DNA of 48,742 nucleotides from Candidatus Cryptobacteroides sp. (GCA_045224955.1 JBGVAW010000051.1:1-48742); one strand, 5' to 3'; shown: positions 1 through 10,271, counted from the stretch's first letter. The notes: generated by a model from the letters alone, not told the origin. Program-made: numbers and translations.

Positions 1-330
1 CCCCTTCTCCATCTGGGCCTGTATGCCATAAGTAGAATAGAGTACGGCCCTGTCGTAGACGCTGGCCTGGCGCTTTACCTGAAGTTCGACAAGGAAACGG
101 GAACCATCGGCATCGGTACACTCAATATCCACACGGTTGTCCATTTTCCCAGGATAAGTGTTGATGTGTTCGTTCTGGACAAACGAGAGGTTTTTAATTT
201 TTCTTTCTGGAATCAGTTCTTCCAGAAAGAGGGTTGTAAGCCGTTTGTTCTTTTCGCTGCCGAAGGCCGTCTTAAAGAAACCGTCCAGCAGGATGCGGGC
301 GTAGCGCCCAATAGAATTGGTTTGATTCAT
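1..330 (-). CDS. Rpn/YhgA-like PD-(D/E)XK nuclease family protein (PDDEXK_2, putative transposase); 5' part only, runs off the window
   Basis: Not in the ORF track; translated by hand from ATG at 330: MNQTNSIGRYARILLDGFFKTAFGSEKNKRL...NRVDIECTDADGSRFLVELQV...YDRAVLYST. Shows the D-x-x-FK-x-x-FG start, D...E-x-Q catalytic motif and R-x-x-x-Y pattern typical of the family. Confidence 0.85.
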   Translation of the reverse strand, partial: MNQTNSIGRYARILLDGFFKTAFGSEKNKRLTTLFLEELIPERKIKNLSFVQNEHINTYPGKMDNRVDIECTDADGSRFLVELQVKRQASVYDRAVLYSTYGIQAQMEKG

Positions 331-334
331 AAAA

Positions 335-364
335 TAGACGCTCGTTGGTTTATTCGAGCGTCTA
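335..364 (-). terminator. Hairpin with short U-tract directly upstream of the Rpn start codon (terminator/attenuator-like)
   Basis: Perfect 10-bp stem TAGACGCTCG (335-344) / CGAGCGTCTA (355-364), 10-nt loop; on the minus strand it is followed by TTTT then ATG. Confidence 0.5.
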
Positions 365-379
365 CTAAAATATACGATA

Positions 380-458
380 AAAAGTGACTTATCTTACTTT
401 TTGCGTTTCTTAGGTTAACTTTTGTTAAATCTTTAGAAAAACGACTAAAGTCACTTTT
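380..458. repeat. 11-bp inverted repeat pair
   Basis: AAAAGTGACTT (380-390) and AAGTCACTTTT (448-458), 57 bp apart, in the folA-Rpn spacer. Confidence 0.6.
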
Positions 459-501
459 GTATGATGTACCACAATCCTTTGGCGACGTTTACCCCTTATG
501 G

Positions 502-999
502 TTATTTGCGGGCGTAGCGGACGAAGCGGAAGTCCAGGTTGTTTTCTGTGTCGTGCTGCAGGGGGGATTCCCAGACGGGCTGCCAGACGGCGGGAGAGAT
601 TTCCGGGAAGAAGACATCGGCGTCGGGAGCATCGGCATAGATGTGAGTAATGTAGAGAGTGTCGGATGTCTCCATAGCCTCTGCATAGGTGTAGGCCCCG
701 CCAATTACAAAGCAGCGCTCTGCACCTGTAGCCTCGGCAGCCTTGTAAGCCTCTTCCAAGGACTCCACTATGACTATACCTTTGGGCGCATCCGGCCACG
801 GGAAAATTGAAATCACTATGTTGGTGCGTCCGGGAAGCGGACGACCGATGGACTGGAAGGTCATAAAGCCCATTATCACGGGAGAGCCCGACGTTACTTC
901 CTTAAAGTACTTAAGGTCTTCTGAAATATGCCAGAGAAGCTGGTTCTTACGCCCGATGGCATTCCCTTCGGCCACGGCTACTATCAGTGATTTTTCCAT
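502..999 (-). CDS. folA: Dihydrofolate reductase
   Basis: IVAVAEGNAIG..NQLLWHISEDLKYFK, VIMG..TFQSIGRPLPGRTNIV, FVIGGA, DADVFFP motifs; 165 aa. Confidence 0.97.
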   Translation of the reverse strand: MEKSLIVAVAEGNAIGRKNQLLWHISEDLKYFKEVTSGSPVIMGFMTFQSIGRPLPGRTNIVISIFPWPDAPKGIVIVESLEEAYKAAEATGAERCFVIGGAYTYAEAMETSDTLYITHIYADAPDADVFFPEISPAVWQPVWESPLQHDTENNLDFRFVRYARK

Positions 1000-1002
1000 A
1001 TT

Positions 1003-3600
1003 CTAAATCCCGAGTTCTTTCTTCATATCCCTAAGCAGGTCGAAGGCCTGCAAAGGAGTCATATTATTAAGGTCTGCCTTGCGCAGCGTGTCGCGAAGCG
1101 AAGACAGCGTAGGGTCGTCCAGCTGGAAAAGCGACAGCTGAATGGCACCATCGGCCCCCCTGGCCCCTCCGCCGCGGCTGGCAGACTGGGCTGCATCCTT
1201 GGCCTCGAGGGCAGACAGAGTCTGCTCTGCCATATTAAGAACCTCGCGCGGCATACCGGCCATACGGGCCACGTGGATACCAAAACTGTGGGCGGTTCCA
1301 CCTGGCTCAAGTTTCCTTAGGAAAATTATCTTCTTGCCCTCTTCCTTAACGCTCACGTGGAAATTCCGCACTCTGGCGTAAAGGTCTTCAAGGTCGTTAA
1401 GTTCGTGATAGTGAGTAGCAAACAGAGTCTTGGCCCTGTGCCCGTACTCGTGAATATACTCAACGATAGCCCTGGCTATGGACATACCGTCATAGGTAGC
1501 CGTACCACGTCCTATCTCGTCCAGAATAACCAGCGAACGGGGGCTGAGGTTATGCAGAATCATAGAGGTCTCCAGCATCTCTACCATAAAGGTAGATTCC
1601 CCCTTGGATATATTGTCCGACGCCCCTACACGGGTGAAGATTTTATCGAAATATCCTATGTGGGCCGATTGTGCCGGAACAAAGCTGCCCACCTGAGCCA
1701 TTAGGGCGATAAGCGCAGTCTGGCGAAGCAGGGCAGACTTTCCGGACATATTGGGACCCGTAAGAATTACTATCTGCTGCGAAGTCCTGTCCAGGAAGAT
1801 GTCATTGGGAACATACTCCTCTCCCGGCTTCATTGTGGTCTCTATGACAGGATGACGCCCGGCCACAATCTCCAGCACGTCCCCATCGTCCACGACAGGG
1901 CGGCAATACTTATTCTCCGTAGCAAGAGTGGCAAAGCCCGCCAGAACGTCCAGCTTGGCAATCTTGCCGGCATTTGCCTGAATAACAGGGATATAAGACT
2001 GAACCTTGCGCACAAGTTCCCCGTAAAGCCTGGACTCCAAGGCATATATCTTTTCTTCGGCCCCAAGAATAGCCTCCTCGTACTCCTTAAGTTCTGGGGT
2101 AATGTAACGCTCGGCAGAAACAAGGGTCTGCTTGCGAATCCACTCCGGCGGAACCTTATCCTTGTAGGTATTCCTTACCTCCAGATAATAGCCAAAGACG
2201 TTATTATAGCTAATCCTGAGAGATGCAATCCCCGTACGCTCGCTCTCCTTCCGCTGCATCTCCATAAGATAATCCTTTCCGCCACGGGATATATTCCTTA
2301 AGTTATCCAATTCAGGATCGACCCCCTCCCTTATAACATCCCCCTTGCCGATTAGGGCGGCAGGATCGTCACACAAGGTTTGGCCGATGGTTTCCCTTAA
2401 CGCAGAGCAGTCCTGCAGACAGGACACCAGCGGCTCCAGCGCGGGATTCTCAAGACAAAGTTCCTTTATGGGAACTATGTTGGAAAGGCCGCGGCCAAGC
2501 TGAACCACCTCCCTGGGGGCGATTTTTCCGGTTGCGGCACGTGATATAATCCTTTCAAGGTCTCCGATGCGGCCCAGATGCTCCTGAACACCTGACAGGA
2601 GTTCGTCGTCGGAGCAGAATGCCTCAACGGCATCGAACCTTCGGGAAAGCTCCTCCGTATCCATAATGGGCATAGACAGGTAAAGCCGGAGCATTCTTGC
2701 GCCCATTGGCGATACTGTCTTGTCCATAACGTTAAGAAGGCTGTCCCCCTCGGAAGAGAAAATCTCCAGATTGCGGACGGTGAACTTATCCATCCACACA
2801 AACTTGCCCTCGTCTATCCTGGACACAGAGCAAATATTGGAAATACCGCTGTGGAAGGTCTGCTCCAGGTAAACCAGCAAGGCCCCCGCAGCGCAGACGC
2901 TAAGCTGACAGTCATCTATGCCGTAGCCCTTAAGGCTGTCTACGCCAAGCTGCTTGCAAAGACGGTCACGGGAAGAATCGTAAACAAAGGCCCATTCGTC
3001 CAGGGTGGTAACGTACCCTATCTCCCCGAAACACTCGGCCGCGTGGGCAGAATCCTGTCTTGTGGCGATGGTTTCCTTGGGGCGAAGCAGGGAGAACAGA
3101 GTGCCTATGAACTCTTCCGAGCCCTGAGCCAGGCGGAAGGTTCCGGTAGAAACATCCAGAAAGGCCGCTCCGCAGCCATCTTTACGGAAAACTACACCGG
3201 CCAGGTAATTATTCTCCTTCTGTTCCAGCATAGTGTCACCGAAGGCAACACCGGGAGTAACGATTTCCGTGACTCCCCTCTTGACCAGCTTGCGGCCGGC
3301 CAGGGCCGGATCTTCCAGCTGATCGCAGACGGCAACCTTGAGCCCGGCACGCACAAGCTTGGGAAGATACACGTCAAGAGCGTGATGAGGGAACCCTGCC
3401 ATTGGCATATATCCCTTCTCTCCGTTGCTCTTCCGGGTAAGCACAAGTCCAAGAACCTTGCTTGCCAGAAGGGCGTCATCCGAATAAGTCTCGTAAAAAT
3501 CGCCCACCCTGTACAAAAGCACGGCCTCGGGGTTCTGAGCCTTAACCTCGAAGAATTGTTTTAAAAGCGGCGTATCCTCTGCCTGTTTCTTTCCTGCCAT
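1003..3600 (-). CDS. mutS: DNA mismatch repair protein MutS
   Basis: TPLLKQF, VGDFYE, TGPNMSGKS Walker A, IFTRVGASD, ILDEIGRGT, LFATHYHEL. Start placed at ATG 3600 (MAGKKQ), downstream of a TATATTTG promoter. Confidence 0.97.
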   Translation of the reverse strand: MAGKKQAEDTPLLKQFFEVKAQNPEAVLLYRVGDFYETYSDDALLASKVLGLVLTRKSNGEKGYMPMAGFPHHALDVYLPKLVRAGLKVAVCDQLEDPALAGRKLVKRGVTEIVTPGVAFGDTMLEQKENNYLAGVVFRKDGCGAAFLDVSTGTFRLAQGSEEFIGTLFSLLRPKETIATRQDSAHAAECFGEIGYVTTLDEWAFVYDSSRDRLCKQLGVDSLKGYGIDDCQLSVCAAGALLVYLEQTFHSGISNICSVSRIDEGKFVWMDKFTVRNLEIFSSEGDSLLNVMDKTVSPMGARMLRLYLSMPIMDTEELSRRFDAVEAFCSDDELLSGVQEHLGRIGDLERIISRAATGKIAPREVVQLGRGLSNIVPIKELCLENPALEPLVSCLQDCSALRETIGQTLCDDPAALIGKGDVIREGVDPELDNLRNISRGGKDYLMEMQRKESERTGIASLRISYNNVFGYYLEVRNTYKDKVPPEWIRKQTLVSAERYITPELKEYEEAILGAEEKIYALESRLYGELVRKVQSYIPVIQANAGKIAKLDVLAGFATLATENKYCRPVVDDGDVLEIVAGRHPVIETTMKPGEEYVPNDIFLDRTSQQIVILTGPNMSGKSALLRQTALIALMAQVGSFVPAQSAHIGYFDKIFTRVGASDNISKGESTFMVEMLETSMILHNLSPRSLVILDEIGRGTATYDGMSIARAIVEYIHEYGHRAKTLFATHYHELNDLEDLYARVRNFHVSVKEEGKKIIFLRKLEPGGTAHSFGIHVARMAGMPREVLNMAEQTLSALEAKDAAQSASRGGGARGADGAIQLSLFQLDDPTLSSLRDTLRKADLNNMTPLQAFDLLRDMKKELGI

Positions 3601-3623
3601 AATGCTTACAAAAGCCTGTCTTG

Positions 3624-3661
3624 CAAATATAATCATTTTTGCCAAGTTTTTTGTACTTTTG
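3624..3661. promoter_or_regulatory. Divergent Bacteroidota sigma-A -7 elements (mutS / GT4)
   Basis: TATATTTG on minus (3624-3631) and TACTTTTG on plus (3654-3661) match TAnnTTTG. Confidence 0.7.
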
Positions 3662-3667
3662 CGATTG

Positions 3668-4978
3668 ATGAAACGCGTTCTGATAATATCGTATTACTGG
3701 CCACCTGCAGGAGGCAGCGGGGTTCAGCGCTGGGTTAAGTTCTGCAAATACCTGCCTGCCCAAGGCTGGCAACCTGTGATATACACGCCTCTGAACCCGG
3801 AAATGCAATCCGTAGATTATTCCCTGGAAGAAGATATCCCTCCGGAGGCAGAAATTGTAAAGCGCCCCATAACGGAGATTTACAGCATCTACAGAAAACT
3901 CACGGGAAAGGCCGCCAGTCAGGCCCAGGTAAATATGGTAAACGCCCAGAAGCGCAGCTGGAAGCAAAGGCTTATGATGGCCGTGCGCGGGACTTTCTTT
4001 GTGCCGGACCCAAGAGTCAGCTGGGTAAGGCCCTCTGTAAAATTCCTCAAAAAATACCTTAAGGAACATCCGGTAGATGCAATAGTAAGCACGGGGCCGC
4101 CCCATTCAATGCACCTGATTGCCCGCAAGGTGGCAGCCTGGGCAGGTATTCCCTGGGTAGCCGACTTCAGGGACCCTTGGACAAGAATCTTCTACTTTAA
4201 GCATCTTGGCCTTGGAAAACGCACAACCCGCAGGCACCTGCGCCTGGAACAGGACGTTCTTGACAACGCAACTGTTGTGGTTGCAGTATCTCCCCTTGTA
4301 CAGGAGGAGTTCCGCACAATGACAAAAACCCGCGTAGAACTTATTACCAACGGCTTTGACCCTGACGACTTTTCCTTTGAGCAGGCCAGGCTGGAGGACG
4401 GGTTCTTTAACCTGACGCATACCGGACAGTTCGCCGCTGACGGCAACCCGGACAAGTTGTGGCTTGTGCTTGGCAAAAAATGCAGGGAAGACGCACAGTT
4501 TTCCTCCAGACTAAGGATTCGCCTGTCCGGAAAGACAGACTCCCAGATTATAGAGTCCATAAAGGCGGCAGGCCTGGAGAGCAATCTTGTAGATAACGGC
4601 TACGTAGCCCACGAGACAGCCGTAAGGGAACAGTCCGGGGCCAGCGTACTGCTGCTCCCCCTAAGGAAAGAGCCCGAGTACAGGGCCACCCTTCCAGGAA
4701 AACTCTTTGAGTATCTTGGCGCCCGCAGACCCATCCTTGGGATAGGGCAGACAGACGGGGCGATGGCAAGGGTTGTAGAAGACGCCGGTGCGGGCTTCAC
4801 CTCCGGATGGGAAGACACGGCTGCCATTGACAGCTTTATTGAAAGGGCCTGGGAGGCCTTCCTCCGCGGAGAGTGTTCTCTTGGAAGCGGCGGGCTTTTC
4901 CCCGGCGGAAACATAGAAAAATATTCACGTCCCCAGACGGCAAAAAGTATGGCCGCCCTGCTGGACAGCATAATTTAA
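3668..4978 (+). CDS. Glycosyltransferase family 4 (GT-B) protein
   Basis: MKRVLIISYYWPPAGGSGVQRW N-terminus, STGPPHSMH, WVADFRDPW, ITNGFD, PGKLFEYLGARRPIL. True start likely ATG 3668. Confidence 0.9.
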   Translation: MKRVLIISYYWPPAGGSGVQRWVKFCKYLPAQGWQPVIYTPLNPEMQSVDYSLEEDIPPEAEIVKRPITEIYSIYRKLTGKAASQAQVNMVNAQKRSWKQRLMMAVRGTFFVPDPRVSWVRPSVKFLKKYLKEHPVDAIVSTGPPHSMHLIARKVAAWAGIPWVADFRDPWTRIFYFKHLGLGKRTTRRHLRLEQDVLDNATVVVAVSPLVQEEFRTMTKTRVELITNGFDPDDFSFEQARLEDGFFNLTHTGQFAADGNPDKLWLVLGKKCREDAQFSSRLRIRLSGKTDSQIIESIKAAGLESNLVDNGYVAHETAVREQSGASVLLLPLRKEPEYRATLPGKLFEYLGARRPILGIGQTDGAMARVVEDAGAGFTSGWEDTAAIDSFIERAWEAFLRGECSLGSGGLFPGGNIEKYSRPQTAKSMAALLDSII

Positions 4979-4985
4979 TTCCTAT

Positions 4986-7589
4986 ATGAAAGACCTTAAG
5001 AAGAAAGTACTTCTTTACGCCGGAATAGTTGCGGCTTTTCTTGTAGTATCATACGGATTTGTACCGGAAGTCCTCGGCGGAAAGATAGTCAACCAGAGCG
5101 ATATTACCGGTTATGTTGGAATGGCCCACGAGGCCAACACCTGGGACGCAGAGCATCCGGACGACAAAACAGCCTGGACAAACTCTATGTTCGGAGGTAT
5201 GCCTACAACTATGCTGACCGGCAATAACGGTGGCGATGCCACCCAGGGCCTCTTCGATGCCTTCCTTACCGGAAAGCGCCCTGCCAGCTATTTCTTCATT
5301 TCCCTTCTTGGAGCCTTTCTGCTGATGCTGGCCCTCGGGGTAAGCCCTCTTCTGGCTGCAGCGGGAGCGGTTGCAGTAACCTTCTGCTCCTACAACCTGC
5401 AAATCATTCAGGTAGGCCACAACGCCAAGATGCTGGCCCTTGCCTGGGCTCCCTGGGTGCTTGCCGGAGTTTTTTACACATACCGCAAGACCCTTGAAAC
5501 CGGGAAAATATCACTTGTCGGCCCAGTGCTCACAGCCTTTGCGCTAAGCTTCCAGATCAAGGCCAACCACGTTCAGATATCCTACTACATAGCCCTTATC
5601 ATAGCCTCCTACTTCATAGTGAATCTCATCACCATCGGCATAAAAGAAAGGGAAAAACTAAAACCCTTCCTGATTACCACCGGGCTTCTCATTGTGTTTG
5701 CCGCTGTCGGAATAGGCACAAATGCCAACAGGCTGGTGCCCACCTGGGAATACACCCAGGAGACAATGCGCGGAGGGTCGGAACTTACCCGGGACGATGG
5801 CGCCCAAAAGAGCAAGGGGCTTAAATTCGAATACGCCACCCAATGGTCTTACGGCCTTGAGGAGCTGCCCAACATAATGATAGCCAACTACAACGGAGGC
5901 TCGTCATCCGGAGCGGTAGATCCCAAGAACTCAGAGATGGCCAAACTTTTGCTCAAGGCCGGCTACAAGCAGAAAGAGGTAGAAAACATAACCAAGGCTC
6001 TGCCGATGTACTGGGGCCCTCAGCCCTTTACCGCGGGACCGATGTACATAGGCGCCATTACGGTCTTCCTCTTCCTTCTTGGTCTCTGCCTTCCCAAATG
6101 CAAAGAAAAGTGGTGGATTATAATACCCTCCGTCCTGGGAGTACTCCTGGCAATGGGCGGGGCCTATGGCGGCACAACTCTTATAGCCAAACTGGTACGT
6201 GCGTTTAACGTATTCTGGTTCGAGTCCACACCTTTCTACAGCAAGTTCAGGACGGTATCAATGGCACTTGTCATTTTGCAGTTCACTATGCCGATCCTGG
6301 CCTTCACCGCCCTCAGCAAGGTACTGTCAGGCCAATTTGAAAGAAAGCGGCTGATCACGGCCCTTACGATATCCACCGGCATTGCAGGCGCCTTCTGCCT
6401 GCTGATTTGGATATTCCCCGGCCTGGTTGGATCATTCACCGGCCCCGAGGACGCCCAGTACGATGATATTCTCAGGGATACATTTATAGCAGACAGGATT
6501 TCCCTTATGAAGGCCGATGCTTTCACGGCCCTTGTCCTTGTTCTGGCCACCGGAGGCCTTTTATTCTGGTCGATGGTGCCGGGAACCAAGCCCTCAAAAC
6601 TTAGCGCGGACAAGCGCAGAATCGTGGCCGCCGCGGGAATCTGCCTTCTTGTATGCATCAACCTCTTCTCTGTCGGAAAGCGTTATCTTAACAGCAGTCA
6701 TTTCGTAACAAAGAGCAAGTTTGACTCTCATTTTACCCTGCGTCCCGCAGATAAGAGCATACTTGCAGACAAAACTCTTTCTTACAGGGTTCTGGACCTT
6801 ACAAAAAATGTATTCAACGAAGCTACTCCAAGCTACTGGCACAAGAACATCGGCGGTTACTCCCCCGTGAAACTGCAAAGATATCAAGACCTTATAGACA
6901 ACTATCTCACAGGTGAAATCAAGGATATTTACGGTTCGCTTTCGGGAGTAAAGACAATTACCGAGGCTCAGGCAAACCTGCCCGCCCTGCCGGTTCTTTC
7001 TGCCCTCAACTGCAAATACATAATTATTGACGGAAACGTTGCTCCGGCTGTGAACAGCAAGGCCCTTGGGCCTGTATGGTTTGTGGACGATACCGTTGGG
7101 ACCGCCTCTGCAAACGAAGAGATAGCCCTTCTGGGCGCAATCCCTCTTGACAAGGTTGCGGTCGTACGGGAGGCGCAGTCCGTTACCTCTTTTGAAGCTG
7201 CCACCGCAGAAGACAGCATTGCCCTCACAGAGTATGCGCCCAACCAGCTTAAATATAGCTATAAGACCTCCGGACAAAGGCTTGCCGTTTTCAGCGAAAT
7301 CTGGTGCTCCTATGGCTGGAAGGCCTGGACAGAAGATGCCGCCGGCAACAAGACCGGAGACCTTGACCTTCTTAGGACAGACTGGACCCTGCGCGGAGCC
7401 GTTATTCCCCAGGGAGAGGGCTTCGTTGTGATGCGCTTCCAGCCGGAAAGCTACGCCAAAGGCCGCACACTTTCTGCAGTGTGCAGCTGGGTTTTGATAC
7501 TTATGCTTATCGGAACCGCTGTTCTGCCTAAGTCTAAACAGCTACGGGAGCTTTTATCACAGGCCAAGGGTCGTAACCTGCAAGGGTGA
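4986..7589 (+). CDS. YfhO-family polytopic membrane protein (GT-C-like)
   Basis: QSD...[80 protein letters not shown]; many TM segments. Confidence 0.85.
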   Translation: MKDLKKKVLLYAGIVAAFLVVSYGFVPEVLGGKIVNQSDITGYVGMAHEANTWDAEHPDDKTAWTNSMFGGMPTTMLTGNNGGDATQGLFDAFLTGKRPASYFFISLLGAFLLMLALGVSPLLAAAGAVAVTFCSYNLQIIQVGHNAKMLALAWAPWVLAGVFYTYRKTLETGKISLVGPVLTAFALSFQIKANHVQISYYIALIIASYFIVNLITIGIKEREKLKPFLITTGLLIVFAAVGIGTNANRLVPTWEYTQETMRGGSELTRDDGAQKSKGLKFEYATQWSYGLEELPNIMIANYNGGSSSGAVDPKNSEMAKLLLKAGYKQKEVENITKALPMYWGPQPFTAGPMYIGAITVFLFLLGLCLPKCKEKWWIIIPSVLGVLLAMGGAYGGTTLIAKLVRAFNVFWFESTPFYSKFRTVSMALVILQFTMPILAFTALSKVLSGQFERKRLITALTISTGIAGAFCLLIWIFPGLVGSFTGPEDAQYDDILRDTFIADRISLMKADAFTALVLVLATGGLLFWSMVPGTKPSKLSADKRRIVAAAGICLLVCINLFSVGKRYLNSSHFVTKSKFDSHFTLRPADKSILADKTLSYRVLDLTKNVFNEATPSYWHKNIGGYSPVKLQRYQDLIDNYLTGEIKDIYGSLSGVKTITEAQANLPALPVLSALNCKYIIIDGNVAPAVNSKALGPVWFVDDTVGTASANEEIALLGAIPLDKVAVVREAQSVTSFEAATAEDSIALTEYAPNQLKYSYKTSGQRLAVFSEIWCSYGWKAWTEDAAGNKTGDLDLLRTDWTLRGAVIPQGEGFVVMRFQPESYAKGRTLSAVCSWVLILMLIGTAVLPKSKQLRELLSQAKGRNLQG

Positions 7590-8328
7590 AGTCCTCGTAC
7601 TTAAAGTCGAATATGCTCTTTACTTCAGGGTTCAGCTGCATCTGCGGCAGAGCCCTGGGTTGTCTTGAGAGCTGTTCTTTTACCTGCTCCATATGATTGA
7701 GGTACAGGTGGGTATCGCCTGTGGTGTGAATGAAGTCTCCGGGTTTAAGCCCGCATACCTGTGCAATCATCATAGTGAGCAGGGCGTAGGAGGCAATGTT
7801 GAAGGGAACACCCAGGAAGGTATCGGCGCTGCGCTGATACAGCTGGCAGGAGAGTTTGCCCTCTGCCACATAGAACTGGAACAGGCAGTGGCAGGGAGGC
7901 AAGGCCATATTGTCCACCTCGGAAGGGTTCCAGGCCGTTACCAGCATCCTGCGGGAATCCGGATTCTTCTTTATTGTCTCTATTACCTGTGACAACTGAT
8001 CTACGGCTTTGCCGCTTGCAGAATTCCAACTGCGCCACTGGTGGCCGTAAACAGGGCCAAGATTACCGTCAGCATCGGCCCACTCGTCCCAAATTGTAAC
8101 TCCGTGCTCCTGGAGCCAGCGTACATTGGTGTCGCCGGCAATAAACCACAACAGTTCGTAGATAATAGACTTGAGGTGTACCTTCTTTGTTGTAAGCAGG
8201 GGGAAGCCCTGGGAAAGGTCGAACCTCATCTGGTGGCCGAATATGCTTTTTGTGCCGACGCCGGTGCGGTCTTTTTTAACCACGCCCTCGTCCATTATTT
8301 TTTGCAGCAGGTCTAGATACTGTTTCAT
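7534..8328 (-). CDS. thyA: Thymidylate synthase
   Basis: [52 protein letters not shown]. Confidence 0.98.
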   Translation of the reverse strand: MKQYLDLLQKIMDEGVVKKDRTGVGTKSIFGHQMRFDLSQGFPLLTTKKVHLKSIIYELLWFIAGDTNVRWLQEHGVTIWDEWADADGNLGPVYGHQWRSWNSASGKAVDQLSQVIETIKKNPDSRRMLVTAWNPSEVDNMALPPCHCLFQFYVAEGKLSCQLYQRSADTFLGVPFNIASYALLTMMIAQVCGLKPGDFIHTTGDTHLYLNHMEQVKEQLSRQPRALPQMQLNPEVKSIFDFKYEDFTLAGYDPWPVIKAPVAV

Positions 8329-9371
8329 CTTACAGAGAATTCAAATACAATTGCTTCTTCGTAGGTCTGGCCGGGACGGAGTTCCGCGGTGGGATAGTCC
8401 GGCTTGTTGGGAGTGTCCGGAAAGTGCTGGCACTCGATGGCTACGGCGTCGTAGTCGTGATAGGTGAGGCCGTGCTTGCCGGCGGGGCAGCCGTTAAGCC
8501 AGTTGCCCGTATAAATCTGAACTCCGGGCTGGGTGGTGTAAACATCCAGGGCGCGTCCGGTTGCAGGGCAGTAAAGACTTGCGGCCTTTTCCAACTGGCC
8601 GGGAGTATAATCGTCAATCACAAAGCAATTGTCGTAACCCTTGCCGTATTTAAGGGCGGGGAAGTCTGCTTCTATGTCGCGGCCTATAGGCTTGGGAGTC
8701 ACAAAGTCCATAGGAGTGCCGGCAACGGGCTCTGAGTCTCCAAGGGGGATCAGGGTAGGGTCCGTAGGCAGGTATTCCGATGCTGCGAGGCAGAGCTCGT
8801 GACCCAGCACGTTCTCCTTGAAGGCGGAGAGATTAAAATAGGCGTGGTTGGTAAGGTTGAGTACAGTTGCACCGTCTGTAACTGCGGTGAAGGTGAGCTT
8901 AAGGGCGTGATCGTCCCCCCACTCGTAGCGGGCTACAACCTTAAGGTTGGCGGGATAGCCGGCCTCGCCGTCGGCAGAGAAATAGAGGAACTCTACTGCC
9001 TGTCCGTCTATGCGGCTGTCCCAAACCTTATTCTGGAAGCCCTGAGGGCCGCCGTGAAGGTGGTTTGGACCATTGTTGACAGGGAGGGTGTACTCTTTTC
9101 CGTCAAGGGTAAAGTGACCCTTGGCAATCCTGTTGGCAAAACGGCCGGGGCATTTTCCGGCGCAGGGACCGTCGGCAAGATAGTCTTCTGCCTTGTCGTA
9201 ACCAAGGACAACATCGCCCAGAACCCCGTCTTTATCCGGTACGCACACAGACACTATGGCAGCGCCAAGGGACGATAGTTCTACGTAAGCGCCGTCTCCG
9301 GCGGTAAGCTTGTATTTGTAAATATCTTTTCCGTCAGGGCCTTTGCCCCAGATTTTTCCTTCTGTTGCCAT
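8325..9371 (-). CDS. galM: Aldose 1-epimerase (galactose mutarotase)
   Basis: [55 protein letters not shown]; 4-bp overlap with thyA. Confidence 0.95.
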   Translation of the reverse strand: MATEGKIWGKGPDGKDIYKYKLTAGDGAYVELSSLGAAIVSVCVPDKDGVLGDVVLGYDKAEDYLADGPCAGKCPGRFANRIAKGHFTLDGKEYTLPVNNGPNHLHGGPQGFQNKVWDSRIDGQAVEFLYFSADGEAGYPANLKVVARYEWGDDHALKLTFTAVTDGATVLNLTNHAYFNLSAFKENVLGHELCLAASEYLPTDPTLIPLGDSEPVAGTPMDFVTPKPIGRDIEADFPALKYGKGYDNCFVIDDYTPGQLEKAASLYCPATGRALDVYTTQPGVQIYTGNWLNGCPAGKHGLTYHDYDAVAIECQHFPDTPNKPDYPTAELRPGQTYEEAIVFEFSVR

Positions 9372-9383
9372 AATGTTTATTTT

Positions 9384-10271
9384 TTAAAAGAATATTGCGT
9401 ATAACTGTTCCATAACCTCCTGCACAGAAGCATCCTTAAGCATTACTGTCTTGTCGGAGTCCAGCAGATACAGGGAGGGAATGGCTCTTATGTTGTAAAG
9501 GTCGTTGAGAACCGTATCTTCGTCCGGGTAAGCATTAACCACGCAGATTTCTCCGGCGGCGATTTTAGCGGCTACGGCCTTGTCTTCTTCAAAGGCTTCC
9601 TTGTACTGGGTGCAGGCCGTGCAGCCGGGGTTTCCAAAGAATATAAGCGTTACCGTAGCCTTTATTCCGTGAAGGGTGCGGCGTTTGCCGGCGCCGTCCT
9701 TAAAGGCAAAGTCCGCGGCCTTCTCCCCTATTCTGTTTAGCGAGCATTTCTCTTTTGCCAACTGGTAGGAGGGCCTTGAAGACTCGTCCGGCAAGCTTCC
9801 TTCCAGAATGGTTTCCAGAAGGAACAGGTAGGCTTCCTCGTTACGCGTCGGGGAGGAAGGGTCGTAAAGGAATTTGTCTGCCAGGGCCAGGAGGGCAGGA
9901 TAAGCCACGCTATCTGCGGCGGCCTTCCGGCCAAAGGTTATTACGGCTTTTTGCATAGAACCGTAGGATGCGCCCTTAACAAAGGAGGCCCACATTGCAA
10001 ACTTGGATTCCAGGTCCTTTGCCGGCACACCCCTGACGGCAAGGGAATCGGCGGAATCGGCTCCAAAGGCGCCGGAAAGAAATGTGTCCCAGAAATGTTC
10101 TGCCATATAGTCTATTCTGGCAGGAGGTTCTGTTATTACAGCCGGGGCTTCCACCATCGGAAAACCGGGAGCGGCAGCCTTAGGAGCCTCTTTTTGCCCG
10201 CAGGAATAAAGGGCGGCAAGGCAGAGCGCCGCCGCTGCGATAGCAAAAAAACACCTCTTTCCTTTTATCAT
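9384..10271 (-). CDS. DUF5106-domain lipoprotein with C-terminal thioredoxin-like (CxxC) domain
   Basis: Lipoprotein-type signal ending LYSC; YMAEHFWD, FLYDPSSPTRNEEAY, NRIGEKAADF, FGNPGCTAC, IRAIPSLYLLD. Confidence 0.8.
   Translation of the reverse strand: MIKGKRCFFAIAAAALCLAALYSCGQKEAPKAAAPGFPMVEAPAVITEPPARIDYMAEHFWDTFLSGAFGADSADSLAVRGVPAKDLESKFAMWASFVKGASYGSMQKAVITFGRKAAADSVAYPALLALADKFLYDPSSPTRNEEAYLFLLETILEGSLPDESSRPSYQLAKEKCSLNRIGEKAADFAFKDGAGKRRTLHGIKATVTLIFFGNPGCTACTQYKEAFEEDKAVAAKIAAGEICVVNAYPDEDTVLNDLYNIRAIPSLYLLDSDKTVMLKDASVQEVMEQLYAIFF

Noticed and set aside
166-387. 73-aa plus-strand ORF at the left edge
   Set aside because: The opposite strand encodes a recognisable Rpn-family nuclease; this ORF has a GTG start and no motifs.
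1265-1365. Other CACGTG cores (about 1270, 1355, 27382, 30407) as additional parS sites
   Set aside because: The flanks lack the TGTT...AACA arms; too many mismatches.
3602-3667. N-terminal extensions in the ORF track for GT4 (3602), mutS (3645), ychF (14560), sufS (37284) and folK (39248)
   Set aside because: They overlap promoter elements or neighbouring genes, or precede the family-typical N-terminus; downstream ATGs fit better.
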